Source: Wallemia ichthyophaga EXF-994
Taxonomy: Eukaryota > Fungi > Basidiomycota
Direction: 5' to 3'
DNA: 62,000 bases
Assembly (NCBI RefSeq): GCF_000400465.1
Contig: NW_008806276.1
Coordinates: 206,001-268,000, forward strand
In this document: in pieces, positions 38,613 through 52,864 of the stretch
How positions within the stretch are numbered: position 1 is the stretch's first letter
Layout of the letters: each line of letters begins with the position of its first letter
The notes under the pieces: generated by a model
Seen by the model: only the letters and a program-made list of their open reading frames with translations
The model's database searches: none
Told to the model about the DNA's origin: nothing
Made by a program: the position numbers and the translations under genes

Positions 38613-40733
38613 CTATGTACTTTTCTTCTTCTTGTCTTTCTGCTGCTTCTTTTTTATATCCTTCTTCTTGGATTCGAGAAGAGCGTGCTAGAGTTTTGTG
38701 AGTACGCGCTACTATTTCACACAACCCACTTACCTCATCCGTTTGGCGTTTCTGGGAGTGCTTAACTTTGTTGTAGAGCTTGCGCTGCTTAGATCCCATC
38801 ATTAAGTGTGCCATATCGTCATCCTCCTTTTCTTTGCCGCCGGAAGTATTCTGCTGAGGGCAAATGTGTTAGCGGAAAATTTCGGGAATTTCCAAGTGAA
38901 GCTAGTCTCACCTTCTTTGAGGACTTGGAAGACTTCTTGGCCTTCTTGAGTTCAGCTTCGAACACATCATGGGAAATACCGAGCTGTTCTGCTTCAAGTT
39001 CGGCTGCGTCGTGTAATGACTCGTCATTTGGATTCTGAGCAGCAGCAATAAGCGCTTCGGTAGGATATTTACTCTTAGGTGCTTCTTGTGCTTGCTCCTT
39101 CTCTTCTTCGTCTTCTTGCATGTCCTCATCTTGCACGTCCTCATCCTCTTCTCCCTCCTCCTCATCTTCGGCAGCCTCTTTCTCTTCAATCTCCAGACCA
39201 GGTACATAGGCTTCTTCGTCAGCAACTTCGAATGGTGACATATGTGGGGGGAGCGTCTCTCCAGGTGCGTATGGTTCAGTTGGAAGCAATCTCCCGGCAT
39301 TTGCCGAGTCAACGATCCATTGTGGTTGAATGTACGCTCTCTTGAGGTTGAGCTCTTTCAAACGAGCTGGAAGGTGTGGTCTGTCGACGACCATGTGAGT
39401 GATACGAGCATCTGTCTCGTCAGGTACTGGTGAGCCACCACCGAGAGTAGTCATATCCCATCCAACCTGACCACCGAATGAACGGATCACAAACTCTAAA
39501 GTGGGTCTTGTAACCTCCCTTGAGAGATAGAAAGTGTATGGTGCAAAGAGGTTTGCACGTGCGGATTCAAACTTGGAGTTGGCGAGGAGAGTGTTTAGCG
39601 ATTGGCCAATATCAGTTGAGGCTTCAACGTTTTTTGATGGCTGCTCAACGAACTCTTCTGGTGCAGGAAGACCTTGTTGGTCGTCTTGAACATTTTCTTG
39701 TTCTTCAAGTTGATCGTCAGCTGGAGGAGCAGCTGTTTGACCAATTTGATTGATTTGCTTGCGAACATCTTTGGCGCTAACCTTAGCACTCTCAGCGACG
39801 TCATCTTCGCCAGATTTAGTGAGTGCACCTGATGCTTCTCTCAAATTGAAAGCACCAATACCAGCGCCAGTACCATCTTTGTCAATGTCGAGTGGTGGTG
39901 GGTAAACCAAGTTTATATCGTTATATAACTTGTAGAAGACGAAGCCAGTGAGTGTTTGATACAACTCCAAGAAGGTCATCAAGATTCTAAAATCAACATC
40001 TTCTGGAATGTGCTGAGTGAACATGTATGGAACTAACCACCTAATTGGTCTACCTTCCACTTCAGCTTCAAAGTAAACACCTTTGATTGATAAGAAAATT
40101 TTTCTGAGAGACTTTGTACGCATAACGTATAGTTGCCATTGAGCGGATAGTTTAGCGCAATTGTCGATGATGTCAGCAGGGATTCTGCTGTTAGCAGGTA
40201 AGTGGCTAAAGAGCATAATAAGTGAAATAGCATCAGGAAGATCGTTGAGAGTGGATTGGAATGTAGGATAACGCTCCCTAATGATATGATCTAATCTATA
40301 CTCAGGCTTTTGATTGTCCTCAATTGCCTTGGCTTGAACGAGCTCATTGCGGCCAATAAGCTTTGAAATCTTCTTTGCAAAAGACTTGTATTCTCTAAGG
40401 CTGTTGAGCAATGGCTCATGCTGCAAGTAAACGATATCTTTGGTGTAATAGAAAGCCTTTGGAGCTGTTGAGCCTTTATTAGCCTTCTTCTTGTTTCTAG
40501 GTTCTCTAGGAAAGATTCCTGTGGGTTACTTGTGAGCTCATTCTCCAGAATATTAGAGTTATCACCCACCCTTCAAAATACAGAGCCTTCTGAAGTCTGC
40601 GAGTGATATCTGCAATTTCTTAATTGCCTGGTTTTGTTAGAATATTTCAAGCACTTTCAAGTAAACACACTTGGTTTCTGGTCATGTAATTCTTCACGGC
40701 TCCCTTTTCATTCTTCTTTGTTATTCTACCCAT
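38613..40733 (-). CDS. NOP7: Pescadillo / Nop7 60S biogenesis factor with BRCT domain (multi-exon)
   Basis: MGRITKKNEKGAVKNYMTRNQ|AIKKLQISLADFRRLCILK, YRLDHIIRERYPTF, DVDFRILMTFLELY, QPQWIVDSAN, LPPHMSPF. Confidence 0.97.
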
Positions 40734-40847
40734 ATTGTACTCCTCGCCGTTGCTATCGAAGAGAGAAGTCGGGGATTTGTTATAAATTTGTGATAAATGA
40801 TTATATTTTACAATTCAGCGTGTACTCATCAAGTATTGTACACTTCC

Positions 40848-41388
40848 TCACGCTTTTTCACGCTTTATTTGGGCATTATTGGTGGCAGGAGACCGGGAAT
40901 TGTCTTGCAACGCTTCAGTTGGTATGTTCCCCTGTACATCAGATAACGCGCCTTTAAGTATGTAAATGTAGTCAGCTTCTTTAGTACCCAGCTTTATATC
41001 CTGTTTTGAGAGGAAAAGTGGTGCGTTGTGGGTATACGCTACAACAACTGTGCATCGTGGGCAACTGAGCCTATGTTGACGCTCACACATGCCATCTTTC
41101 CTGTTTGAAGGGTTTGTCAGTCATTCTTCGCAATCTATTTAATCTTCAGAACCTTTGAAGCATACAAGGCGTCTGCGATATCGCAGAAACCTTGAATTTG
41201 CGCTTTGTTGATTCATTTCCAGCATTATGCGTTATAATCACGCTTCCATCCGTTTTCCGCGTTGGAAGAAGGTCGATGGGCTTATCAACAACGAGCTGTA
41301 TGCGAGTGTTTAGAGTGTTTATTGTCTAATGAGCATCACTACATACGATAAACTCCCCGCAAATACAATAATAGCTCTTTAATTGCAT
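40848..41388 (-). CDS. STEEP1/CXorf56-like Cys-motif protein (3 exons; only the last exon is in the ORF track)
   Basis: Manual splice: MQLKSYYCICGEFI|LVVDKPIDLLPTRKTDGSVII...CMLQR|KDGMCERQHRLSCPRCTVVVAY...YIYILKGAL. The YYCxCG...LP.R..D...ERQ.R..C..C pattern matches my recollection of STEEP1. Confidence 0.8.
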
Positions 41389-41436
41389 TTCACAAGTCTT
41401 GGTGGTCGTCTTCCTCCTTCATCAACTAAACTTGGA

Positions 41437-43085
41437 ATGCAGCACAACAAGGAAATTATTGAGGACTCTACCACTTTTCCCGATAAACCAATCAAGCGCT
41501 TAGTCTTGGATGCCGCTCCTTTGCTCACTCAAGCCCCTATTCGTGGAATGGCACAAGAATTCTACACAACTCCTCACGTTATACAGGAATTGAGGGATGA
41601 GAAATCAAAGAAGCATCTAGAAATGCTTGAGATTCAAGGTGTTCATATAAATGTACAACAACCTGATCCAATCAGTTACGCAAAAGGTTCGATTCAATAA
41701 GCTTTTCATTTTCTCATTCGTCTCACTTAAATGCAGTTTCTAGCTTCTCAAAGCTTACTGGTGACTACAGCGTTTTGTCCGGTCCTGATATGGGTATTCT
41801 TGCGCTTACATATGCACTGGAAGTGAAAGAGAATGGTACTGTTAGATTGAGAGACGCACCCGGCAAAGTGGGTTTCCTGGATTCCCGTCGAAATATCTTA
41901 CATGATTATCCTCAGTCAACAGCAAAGAAACCTGTACAAAATCAGATCACAGACCCTAACTCGCCATCAACTTCATCACCAGCAATAGGTGATAAGCTGT
42001 CTGAAAAAATACAAAACGTTACTCTAGATGAGACGCCAAAGGGAAGGCAAGAACAAGATCAGCAGGATCCCCGTGCTCAACAACCTCATCAACAACCCGC
42101 TGAGGAAGAATTCACAACAGTATCAAAGGGTATGTCAATAGCAGCAAAACCACGCCGCAACAAGAACACACAGTCTCAGGATGACTTTGGAAGTATACAG
42201 GTTGATGATAAGAGTGAAGGGGAAGACGAATCAGATGATGAAGATGCAGGTGACTGGATCACACCAGATAACGTAGAAGATCACAAAGCAGTTGATCTCG
42301 GTCACCAGACAATTCAAGAGCAGTCGAAGAAGGATACATCAAAGAAGCCGCCCGTATTCCTAAAAGCGGCATGCATGACAGCTGATTTTGCTATGCAAAA
42401 TGTACTCATACAGATAGGACTCAATCTGGTTGGTACAAATGGACAGAGAATCAAAAGCGCCAAGAGCTGGGTACTCAGATGTCATGCTTGTTTTAAGTAA
42501 GTAATTTCCTACTAAAAACCTGCGTCTCACATTCCCAATAAAGACTCTGCAGAGATCAGTCAAAAAGGTTCTGCCCCGCTTGTGGTAACAGCACTCTTTT
42601 GAGAACGTCAATAACAACATATGCACCTAAATCAGCAGATGCTGCACCTGTAGTTAAGGTACACTTGAAGAAGAACTTCCAGTACAAGAATAGAGGTACC
42701 AAGTACTCTATTCCTGCATCTAGAGTTGGTAGCTCCAAGACTGGCAGTGGACTGCCGTTGATATTGCGAGAGGATGATCCAGATTTCCAAAGATCGGTGC
42801 ACGCCGACCAAGTTGCAAAGCGCAAAGAGGAAAAAGCGCTGATGAGATCTCTCGAAAAGGGAAAAGCAGGCACCAGTGGTTTTACGTGAGTTTATGGACT
42901 TTTCATATGAGTCAAAGATCTGACGTAATTCTAAAAGCGGCCAATGGATGGATCCTGACTGGTTACCAGGATTGCTTGCGCCTGACGCAAATGCTAGGCG
43001 GACGGGAGGTAGAGGCCCTGCTCGCATAGGTCATGGACGGAGGAACCCGAACGAAGTACGCAAGCAGGGCAAGAAAAAGAAGTAG
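41437..43085 (+). CDS. NOB1: 20S pre-rRNA endonuclease Nob1 (PIN domain plus Zn ribbon)
   Basis: LVLDAAPLL, VIQELRD, LSGPDMGILALTYALE, WITPDN, ACMTADFAMQNVLIQIGL, WVLRCHACF, FCPACG. Confidence 0.96.
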
Positions 43086-43293
43086 AGAAAGAAGATAAGT
43101 GTATTTGAAGATATACAGTGCATTTGTTTATAGATGTAAAAATTTTATAATTGTTAAGATAACGGAAAGTAGGGTTGTAGAATGGATTATAAGGTATGTA
43201 AAGGGCTGGTTATTTCAGAAAACAAGAGTGGCTGAGCTGCTGTAGCCGCTCGAATCCTCAAGACACTTCTTCATCGCCGGCCACCAAGACCCG

Positions 43294-45951
43294 ATGAAGA
43301 TGGAGCCGCCGACATCTATAAACTCACTAGAGCTAGAGTCAAAGCCTGTGGAGGGTACAAGAGGCAGGAAGAAGGGACCACGTCGTACACAATTCTGTGA
43401 GTTGAGCTCCGTTGAGCTCCGAAATGACTCATCAGATACTGATTGATAAAACTTAGCTTGCACCGAAGTGAGTTATTGCGCACGATAAAAGGTTTATCGT
43501 TAAATGACGCCATTTCAGTGCCACAGAAGAAAACAGAAATGCGATCGCAAGTGTGTACTGATATATTTCACCCCCACTTTGACTGATTTCGATATAAGAA
43601 CGCCATGCAGCCACTGCGCCCAGCGGAAAGTGCCGTGCGTGCCTTTCCAACCAGGCCACGATAACGATGTTCATAGTCGTTTGGTTAGAATCGAAGGGCT
43701 CGTCGAGAGTTTGATGCCGCTTCTCCAAACAGATACATCAGGCAGCACCTCAGAACCACCAAGCAAGAGACGCAAGGCGATGAGCACAGCTACTTCGGGT
43801 GATGATGATGACGAGGAGAGGGACGATCTGGCCAACGTCGGTATCGGTCCCGCTGCTTCAGGCACTCTGCTCAATAACGGCAATTGGTATGGCCCATCGA
43901 GCCTGAACGTGTCTGAAATAGCGCATGATCTCGCTGACAAAGTTGGCGGAGACACCACTACAGACTTCAAGAACCCTGCTCATAGTCCAATTGCTGTTGA
44001 TGATCAACTCAGTATCGTCATTCAGGAGTTCGGGATGAGCCCGTCTAAAGTCGACACGCTTGTGGACGAACTTCCGCCGAAACAGTTTGCAGATAAACTC
44101 GTTGACTCTTTCTTCGCGCACATTAACTGGACAAGGTATCCGATACATGAACAGAGCTTTAGAAACGCTTATGAGTCCACATACAAGAAGCGCAGGAGTT
44201 TGGAGGCTAAGGATTTCAAGAACCTTCCTCTCGTGTTTATCGTTCTCGCAACCACGCTTAGATTCGCTCCGAATGAAGAGATTGCAGTTGAGGCTGGCAG
44301 CGGTTTATCTGAAGCGGAGAGACGTAGCTGGGCGCTTAGATTGTATTGGAGCAGTAAGCCCAACTATTACTGCGCACACAACAAAACACCAGCTAACACC
44401 TTCTCAGCTCGCAGATGTTCACTTCTTGTGTCCGCAGTGCAGGGAGATTGCACAGAGATGGTCATCTCGAGGCTTCTGAGCACCCGTCTGCTCATCAACG
44501 AGAGAAGACTGACAGAATCATGGTCGCAGCTCGGAAGCGCGATTAGAACTGCTCAGAGTCTAGGCATGCACAGAGACGGAAGCAAGCTCGGGCTGAGCTG
44601 TTACGAGACAGAGTATCGCAGGAGGATTTGGAGCTATCTTCAGCATGCAGACAATACCTTAGCTCTGATATTGGGCAGGCCTCCATCGATTATCCCGGCA
44701 TACTGCGACACTCTCCCGCCATCTAACATTGATGACAACGATTTTCAGAGCACATCAGTGGATACAAGCCCACCGCTACCAAAACCACTCAATATACCTA
44801 CGCTGATGACGGCTCATGTGCTGCGCCACTCGTTCGTGCAGATAGTAGCTCGGTGCAACGAGCACTTTTCGAACCTGCGCGCACCGTCGAGCTACTCAAA
44901 TGTGTTAAGACTAGATGCAGAGATAGGCGAATTTATCGCAAGATTGCCGCCTGTGTTTAGATTTGAGGATCCAGACACATCGGTGGATAGCCAAATGCCA
45001 TGGTTGCCGACACATCGCTTCCTGCTCGCAGTGGAATGCTACTTTACTAAGATAAGTCTGCATAGACCATGGGTGCTTCGCAAACTTAACAGCACGAGGT
45101 ATGCACCATCAAGGAGGGCTTGCTTCGAGTCGGCGAAACTCGACTTTTTTGCTAGAGAGAGATTCAGGAAGGAGACAAATAAGTCGCTCGGTAGATTCGG
45201 TGGTGGACAGTATAGAATATTTAACTCCACACTCATCTCAGCGATAGCATTGATTTTGGAGCCGTTCGGGAAGGACTCCGCACAGCACAAACACATACTC
45301 GACTCGTTCCTTGCTGAGAGGCAAGACAAGACGGTGACGCTACCATGGGATGAGGCTATGGTTAATGAGATGCGCATCATACAGCTGTTCAGAAACAAGG
45401 CACAGGAGCTGCGTCAGTCGAGAGCGGCGGCGACTAGCAGTAGTGGGAGAGGCGCAAAGGGAAGGGTGAATGGGGAAGAAGTAGATGGATTCGATGACAC
45501 TACAGCAGATAAGGACCCATCACTGAGGTTCGCGCAGCCAAACGCTAATTCGAATGCCAATCTATTGATGGGTATGTCCAATTCGTCATTCGCCGAAGCG
45601 AGCGCACCGAGCTACCAGAGTGTGGTTTCAGGAAGTGACAATGTAGATGCGCAATGGCAATGGAATAGTGGTGGGGGAGGTGCTGGTGCCGGTGCTTCCA
45701 CTTCTGCTGCTACATCAGCAAACCACCTCCAGCCACCGTCAATTGACGTAAACGGGAATAATTGGACATTGAACGACGCACCGGCGGATACTATTGCTAT
45801 GCTGCTCGGATTAGGTGTGCCTGACATGATGCCCTTAAGTGGATCACTTGATAACTCGGTAAGCGGTGTACCGACGAGCTCTGCACAGCCGGCGCCGGAC
45901 GAGTCAGCAGACTATTGGCACAAGCTAATATCATCGCTGAATGAAAACTGA
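43294..45951 (+). CDS. Zn(II)2Cys6 transcription factor with a fungal-specific middle homology region
   Basis: Spliced binuclear cluster RRTQFS-C-TE-C-HRRKQK-C-DRKTP-C-SH-C-AQRKVP-C; middle region SWSQLGSAIRTAQSLGMHRDG...ETEYRRRIW. Confidence 0.93.
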
Positions 45952-46534
45952 AAAATGAAAATATTTACTTTTAATTGCGCATAGCCCTGTGATTAGCGTG
46001 TGTATCGGGAGTATATTTAGATTTAGTGTGTGCGATTAAGTGGAGGTAATTAATAGAATGGAGGTATTTGCATAGCGTTGTGTCACATGCTTTATTACAC
46101 GCTGTCTCGTTCTAAATTTAACGGCCGACGAGACAATTTGACACGGAGCGCTCGCCGGTGACCGGCTAACGGATATCAAAAGCTGTGCAAAGTGCACGGA
46201 GAAAGGTTTTATAGAATTTCAGACAACATTCGGCGTGATTCAGATTTGTTTTGTCGCAGATGTTTGTCTCTGATGCATAATAGGGCGGCGCCAGAATTAA
46301 AGGTGAGCAAAATTTGCACAATTATGAACGGAAGCTGCGGAAATGAGGTGAAGAGAGCGGGACAATGTGTAAAGTGGCGCTCACATACCGCATCTTAGTG
46401 CATAGCCACGAATTTTTTGCAAATACCGAGCTAACCTGTGCTAAGAGTGATCTCAGCGGACGTGCGGGGAAGCTTTAAATAGCTCCGAGGCCCTTGAACT
46501 TGAACTACCAACCAATTCTTTCCTTGCAATTACA

Positions 46535-47353
46535 ATGAAGTTAAACCTCGCCATCGCTGCCTCAATCCTCGGCTTTGCTGCTGCTGCACCAGCTGAGCGC
46601 CAAACTCAAGGCGTCGTAAACAGCTGCTACAAGCCAGACTCAATGGCTATCACCTACGACGACGGTCCATACCAATGGGACTACAACGTTAACAGCCAAT
46701 TCAACGCCGTCGGCGGTAAAACTACTTACTTTGTCAACGGTAACAACTGGAGCTGTATATACTCGGAGGAGAACGTGAGCCGTCTCCGTGCCCTTCACGA
46801 GAACGGCCACCAAATCGCTTCTCACACTTGGTATGTCTTTGAAGTTTTTCAATCTATCAGACACCTCTGACAGCTTGGCAGGGGACACGTCCACCTTCCT
46901 CAACTCACCAACGAACAAATCGATCAGCAAGTTCAACTCGTTGAAGACGCTTTATGGAAGATCATTGGTGTCGTTCCAAAGTTCATCCGCCCACCATACG
47001 GTGAAGTTGATGACAGAGTTGTACAGCACCTCCAAGACAGATGGGGCTTGACTGTTGTCAACTGGTCAGAAGACTCGAGAGACGCTCTCGGTGCATCTGA
47101 CCAAGAAATCTTGGACCTCTACGACGGCTTTGCTTCCGACACAAGTCAATCACACATTGTCTTGAACCATGCCGTTCACGAACCAGCCAGCCACTTGCCA
47201 CAAGTCTACGTCCCTGAAATGCAAAACGCTGGTTACTCACTCGACACTGTTGCTCAATGCCTCTACCAAGAGCCATACAAGGTTACCGGTGGTTACTCAC
47301 AAAGAGACGCCTCATGGACTTGTGAGGGCCTTCCAGCTCCAGGTGAAGCATAA
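46535..47353 (+). CDS. Secreted CE4 polysaccharide (chitin) deacetylase (2 exons)
   Basis: Signal peptide, TYDDGP, SHTW|GH metal motif, FIRPPYG, DSRD, LNH; no GPI tail or chitin-binding module seen. Confidence 0.92.
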
Positions 47354-47584
47354 GATGCTTAAATCAGCTCCTTATCAATGATGGCACGACATTACAACTA
47401 ACTTCATTACACTTTTAATAGACATTTTCGACTATTCCATTCCTTAAGTAAATGGATTACCTTTGGACTTCTTTTATATTTTACACCTCTATCTTTCTAA
47501 TTGAACACATCAAGACACTCATTGATAACATCAGTCTTTGAAAAACGAACATTGTCAATCAATCGAATAATGCATAGTATCACA

Positions 47585-48865
47585 CTAGTTTGGTTGTTTG
47601 AATTTGGTATGTGTGAGTGTACGTGCTCGTGTACTTGTTATGAGTGTTGCAAGTATGTAAGCATTGCTGGCAAACCAAAACAAACTTGCTATCCACAGAG
47701 GTATAAACAGAGGCTGGCCGAGGAACTCCAACCTATATGCGATAGAAAGCCACACAGCCTGTGAAGTAAGCCACAATATCGGCAAAACCACTTTTTGCTT
47801 CGTGCAGAGATTCAACGATGGCAGAACGACAGGCAAGAGCCAAATGTACCAGAGGAAGTACTATTGGGATGAGTTTTGTGAGTGTGCGTTCATGCGTTAC
47901 TTACCTGCGATGTACAAACCCTGTTGAAAGTGACAAACGCGTACGTCTGCAAAAACCAAGCGAGTGGGAGATCCACTCCGCCGTACACAACACCTAATCC
48001 AAGTGATAGGATGAGTTGCGGTACGAGTGAGAGGACTGGATTGGAGAAGAGTGAGACCGTGTCTGGTTGAACGTCGTAATTGAGGTAGGTGGGGTAGAAG
48101 TAGGGCGTGAAGTTGTGTCGGTGGTCCTTCCTCCCCACGTGGTAGAGGTAGGTCGATTCCACAAACTGCATGCCGTATCTAGAGGGAGTCTGAGAGTGAA
48201 ACCTTGTGTGATCACCCAAACTAAACCTACATCCTGTACATGGCCACATTCACAGCTGCAAAGACGCCCAAACTGATAGCCGAGAAAGAGGCCATCCGCG
48301 TAAACGACCTCGTCTTAGACCACATGTGAGCGAGTATCGAAGGTGCGTATATGAAAGGGTATATCTTATAATGAACGCTGAGTGCCATGAATACTGCGCT
48401 GAGCGTGTACTGCTCATGCAGGAGCAAATCGAGTGTGGACATGACAAGTACGCCTATGAGGGATTCCGGGGAGCCTCTGGTGGAAATAGAAATAACGACT
48501 GGGTTTAGTGTCCACAAGAGGTGAGATACATAGCCTCCTCTGCGACCGACGCGCAGTTTCCGCTGAATCCTATCCACACTCACACCAATTGCCAGATCTG
48601 CCAACGAGAAGAGAATTTTACCGAAATTCTCGTCGAGTGTTATATTCGGAAGGAGCATCCACGATAGCAGCGGCGTGTATCTGTACGTCCTCCGCTCGTA
48701 TGGTGACTGCCCACCGTGGACTAACTCAGCAGCTTCGCTCACTACGCGATAATCAACATCTGTGTATGTAGGACCACCGTTTGTGCGCGCTATACCATCG
48801 TAATAGCTCGAATATGCAATCAAAACAGCTCTAATGGCGAGTCCAGTAAGCAGGATCCAAGTCAT
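47585..48865 (-). CDS. GPI14: GPI mannosyltransferase I (PIG-M)
   Basis: YTDVDY, SPYERRTYRYTPLL, WTLNPVVISISTRGSPES, SVHYKIYPFIY, DHRHNFTPYFY, FVTFNRVCTSQY. Confidence 0.96.
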
Positions 48866-48908
48866 GATGAAATTAAGTCAACTTGATTAAATTAGTTAAA
48901 TCGATAAA

Positions 48909-50542
<1,634 letters not shown>

Positions 50543-50614
50543 CAGAAGGTGGTGGTGATGCAACAAGACAGGAGACATGTAAAATGTTGTAATTGCTTAC
50601 AAATTTGGATACCA

Positions 50615-51341
50615 CTACAATCTGCTTACAAAGTCTCTATTTTCCATCCAATCCAGGCTGTTATTCGAGAGGTGGTTGTCGAGATCATTCAAGTAATCAA
50701 CTAGTGTCTTGATTTTGGCTGTGTCGACGTTGGCGACGGGGAGAGTAACCTTGGAGAGCGACTGGGAATTAGTTGCTTTGAATGAATGTAGGGTGTAGCC
50801 TTTCCATTGCTTGTCCTCAGTGCTTCCACCGACAGCTACACCGACTACGTGCTTGCTATTACCAGCATTCATCTTAATTCTGTTTAGTATTTGTATTCCA
50901 GTTGAGCTCAGCGTTGGATTCTGTTCCAAAATCTCGGACGCCTCGTACATGCCCACCAAATCCATACCTTTGGAGCGTGCGTGGGTGTGTATCTGTGAAT
51001 TTGTAAGTGGACTGCCTATATTGCCTGTACTACAAGTACCATTTCCAGTCCCATTTCCATCACCACTGAGAGCGTGTTCCAGAGGTGCTGCACCGGTACA
51101 GCGTCTTGTGGGAGTGTTAATAGACCTTCAGCACTGCTACGCAAACGATAACACACCAATAATCTCCACCTCATTCGCCTCTATCCTTCCTATCAAAACC
51201 CCATTAATAGCGGCTTCTGGGTATTTGGCTGCCAGTGGTTGTACGTGAGTTCTGTACACTGTTAATACGCCTAAACACACCAGCATGCGCAATAATCTTT
51301 GAATGTACGCGAGTGTTTATGCTGCTCATGCTCATGCTCAT
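50615..51341 (-). CDS. ER membrane complex subunit EMC8/9 (MPN-like, UPF0172)
   Basis: Spliced KIIAHA|AKYPEAAINGVLIG...|DAVPVQHLW...LVGMYEA...LNDLDNHLSNNSLDWMEN. Confidence 0.88.
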
Positions 51342-51385
51342 GCTGAAAGTAAAGGAAATCAATATTCAAGCCATTTAAAGTAATT

Positions 51386-52090
51386 TTAGTAATGTAATCT
51401 GTGCGTGAAGCATTGGTAGCCATTTGGATTGTTGATCAGGTACTTCTGGTGATAATCCTCTGCCTTCCACCACTTGAATTTGTTTACTGGGTTGATTTGC
51501 GTGGCGATTGTGGAGCCATTTGGTGTAAAGTGAGCTTGCTGGACTTGCTCTCTAACTGAATCAGCGACATTCTTCTGCTCCTCGGAAGTTGGGAAGAGTG
51601 CCGTGCGATACTGTGTACCGACGTCAGCGCCTTGGCGATCAACTTGAGTTGGATCGTGAGTGCGGAAGAAGAAATCGAGGAGCTCCTCGTAGCTCGCATT
51701 GCGCTTGTCCCAAGTCAACGACAAGGCTTCTGCGTGTCCAGTTGTACCCGTACAAACAAGTCTGTAAGAAGGATCGTTGCCTGCTCTGTGATTAGAGAAT
51801 ATGGAGTGTGCGTATAGCTAACCCACCAACGCCTGCATCGTCACCGCCAATAAATCCAACCTCTGCGCTTATTATGGAATCCTTGAAATATTTCCTAAAA
51901 AGCTCCTCCGTGCTGTAGCTGGTGTCAGTACCACCGGTAGATGACCGATAAGAGGAAATTACCCCCAAAAGCAGCCATTTGCGAATATCGAAGTTTCTGG
52001 TTGCGGATCTGGGAGCTGTTTGATCTTGTTCTCCCTCATTTCTGCAGCATCTCTAGCAAGCTTGATTGTTGGCTGTATCTTTGTGACCAT
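51386..52090 (-). CDS. MXR1: Peptide methionine sulfoxide reductase MsrA; start may instead be 52039
   Basis: FANGCFWG, TGHAEA, FFFRTHDPTQVDRQGADVGTQYR, AEDYHQKYL. Confidence 0.95.
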
Positions 52091-52212
52091 TGTGTGGCTG
52101 TGGCTGTTGTGTGGATTAGGTACAGCACCACGGAAACAACAAATCTCCCACTTCTTCCCGAGTGATTTGAATAAGTTAAGAATATTGATGATGGTTGTTT
52201 GTAACGGTCAAG

Positions 52213-52636
52213 ATGCAGACACAGAATGTTCGCCGTAAAACACAAATGAAGGGTCAATTTACCAAAGAGTGTGAGTGGTGTGGTGTTAGAATGTAAATAT
52301 CCCCCTAACGCGCCTTATGCCTAAGTACGCCCACTAATGTACTCATTCGGCGACGACGTCAATCCAGATCCAGAAGCAACAAACGTGTTGGAGGAGATAT
52401 TGATTGACTTTATAATGGAAATATGCTACAAATCGCAAAAGGCGAGTGGAAATCGCGGTAAAATAAAGATCGAAGACATCAAGTTCGTACTGCGTAACGA
52501 CACCAAGAAGCTGAATAGAGTTGAGGAGTTGCTGTACATGCAAGAGGATATAAAGAGGGCAAGAGCTGCTTTCAATGAAGGTGACATCATCCAAGATGCT
52601 GTAAAGGCTAATGGCAACAAGAAGCCTGCTACTTGA
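52213..52636 (+). CDS. TAF13: TFIID subunit Taf13 (2 exons)
   Basis: F.KE|LRPLMYSFGDD.NP, LEEILIDFI, KIEDIKFVLRND.KKL.RVEELL, KRARAAF. Confidence 0.93.
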
Positions 52637-52864
52637 TGGATTTCTGATTGAATATTTGAATTACCTCAGCTGCCTTCCCTGTCCACTCGCACTCGCACTC
52701 GCCGCTCGAAACGCAATTCCCGCACAACTCACCAGCCAAATAATGAAATTTGTAAAAGAAATTCTTGAAATTTTTCTCTCATCTGGAGGACTCCTTGACG
52801 CTGCGAATATTGAGCGTAAATTTGGCAGTGTCATTGATATCGCGTCGTTGTACTTGAACACCCA

